From Anthoceros angustus (taxonomy: Eukaryota; Plantae; Anthocerotophyta), in NCBI GenBank assembly GCA_010909165.1, contig MU008171.1:496001-560000 (forward strand): 64,000 bases of DNA. Reading direction: 5' to 3'. Numbering within the stretch: position 1 is the stretch's first letter; each line of letters starts with the position of its first letter. A model generated the notes under the pieces. The model was not told where the DNA came from, searched no databases, and saw nothing but the letters and a program-made list of their open reading frames with translations. Of this stretch, positions 62,700 through 64,000 are shown piece after piece. The translations under genes were made by a program, and so were the position numbers.

Positions 62700-64000
62700 A
62701 GCTATGCTGCCTCACAGCGCGATAGAGACCCATAAAATGAGTGAACAAAAGGGATAAGGTTAGCAAGCTGCCCACCTGCATCCTTGAGCTCGTCGAAAAT
62801 GGCCACGCTGGAGACCGTTTTAAAAGCATTTTCGATGTCTACCTGCAATGCGACCCAATCTAGATGGGACTCCAAGATCGCCCCCACTCCGAAATCCACG
62901 GACTCACACCCCCCCTCACCCTCCCCCCGGAGTAGCTATGTCGAATTGGTGAGGGCTGAGGTGACCCTGAAATTGCTCCCGAAGTTGGATGGCAATGTTG
63001 CAACTAACTACCCACAAAAACGCCTCCCCCACTTTTATGGGGCGAACCCCGGTGGTGGGCTTTGCCATAGCCAACACTTGAGCAATCCGAAAGGGGGTCT
63101 CCCCCCTTGCTGCCGTAGCCGCCAAAAGAAACAACTCCGAGAACCTGCTAGAGGGATCCTCAGGGGTAAAGTAATCTCGAAGATGGTCATAGATCGTCCC
63201 GTGACCCCCATGAAAGGCGCGCCAAAAGATAAGGGCCCAAGGCATCAGATCCAAACAAAAGGCTTCTCGGTAGTCCCTAATGTCTGCCAAAATAGGGTGG
63301 CTCGATGTCGGATGGAGGGCGTAAAGGGTGCTGATAATCTCCTCTGAAGCCAGCGCCACTGGCACAACATGGAGAACCCGAGCATCCCGAGCATAATCAC
63401 TAGCACCAAGTAAAAGACACCGCTTAAGACGCGCCTTCCCGGGGTCCAGACGAACACCATCCACCTCAGTGGAGTTTAACCAAGACCTCACTGCGCACCC
63501 ACACTCTTCTTTTAGAGCCTCCCAGTCCCCAGCACGGAAATGGTGGAGACGGGAGATAACTTGAAAATCCGCCGCGAGAGCATCGAAGGACACTACCTGG
63601 GGAGAAAAAGAAACAATGCCCAAGCAGTTTCTTCCTGGGGATCTTGCGAGAGATGCTCGAAGGAGAACCGATAGGCCAGACGGAGGTCATCTTGAAGGTG
63701 CCTCAGGAGGCATCGAAATAGGCGAGGTCCAGAAAAACGGGTCTCGTAGAGAGCCAAAAGGTGATCGGCTTGTCTGTGAAGCCATTCCAAGGATCCTGAA
63801 GAAGGCCCAGAGTGAGAACCTGGACTTGGAGCTTGGGGAGCAGCAACAGAAGAAGCCAGCCGCAATTGAGCCTCCCACGTTGTCCGGTCGAAGTCCTTGT
63901 AAACCAAGCCGATGTGGTTCCTAACCCCCACAGGCCCAGCTGTGACAGGGATGCCTCCCACACCCGGGAGTGAATCGACATCCAAGGGCCATATCCTGTC
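62700..64000 (-). mobile_element. CRE-like (RLE-clade) non-LTR retrotransposon, 5' half; 3'-truncated within RT and running off the window
   Basis: GVRNHIGLVYKDFDRTTWEAQ is homologous to the 13.6 kb copy. RT motifs AMAKPTTGVRPIKVGE, HLSPHQF and VALQVDIENAF. Confidence 0.85.

Noticed and set aside
1-64000. tRNA, rRNA or snoRNA genes
   Set aside because: No cloverleaf, rRNA-conserved or convincing C/D or H/ACA signatures were found by eye. A tRNAscan-SE or Infernal run would be needed to exclude them formally.

Overview
Eukaryotic (non-seed land plant) nuclear DNA, not prokaryotic. The short GT-AG introns, roughly 50% GC and PLS-class PPR genes ending in the DYW:KP variant (HAE motif, C-terminal GRP/NRP) point to a hornwort such as Anthoceros; this is inferred, not proven. 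Layout: (1) 0-10.1 kb, tandem cluster of PPR-DYW:KP candidate U-to-C RNA-editing factors, each with N-terminal OSB-type 'WWDNR...PDF' modules. (2) 10-16 kb, minisatellites and RLE (CRE-like) non-LTR retrotransposon relics. (3) 16.6-29 kb, five ordinary intron-containing genes: FTR catalytic subunit, JINGUBANG-like WD40, RPAP3-like TPR, GPC1-like acyltransferase and an At4g28440-like OB-fold protein. (4) 30-36 kb, a mosaic of gene fragments: truncated PDF-PPR, endo-beta-mannosidase, an internally inverted N-myristoyltransferase and an LRR piece. (5) 37-64 kb, TE-rich DNA with pol-less LTR-retroelement-like units, more CRE-like copies and a decayed gene combining a ParB-like domain with a bacterial/phage-type beta-class amino (N4C/N6A) DNA methyltransferase. 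Many 1-2 bp indels cluster in duplicated segments, so some frameshifts and duplications may be long-read assembly artefacts. All alignments and frame-stitching were done by eye.
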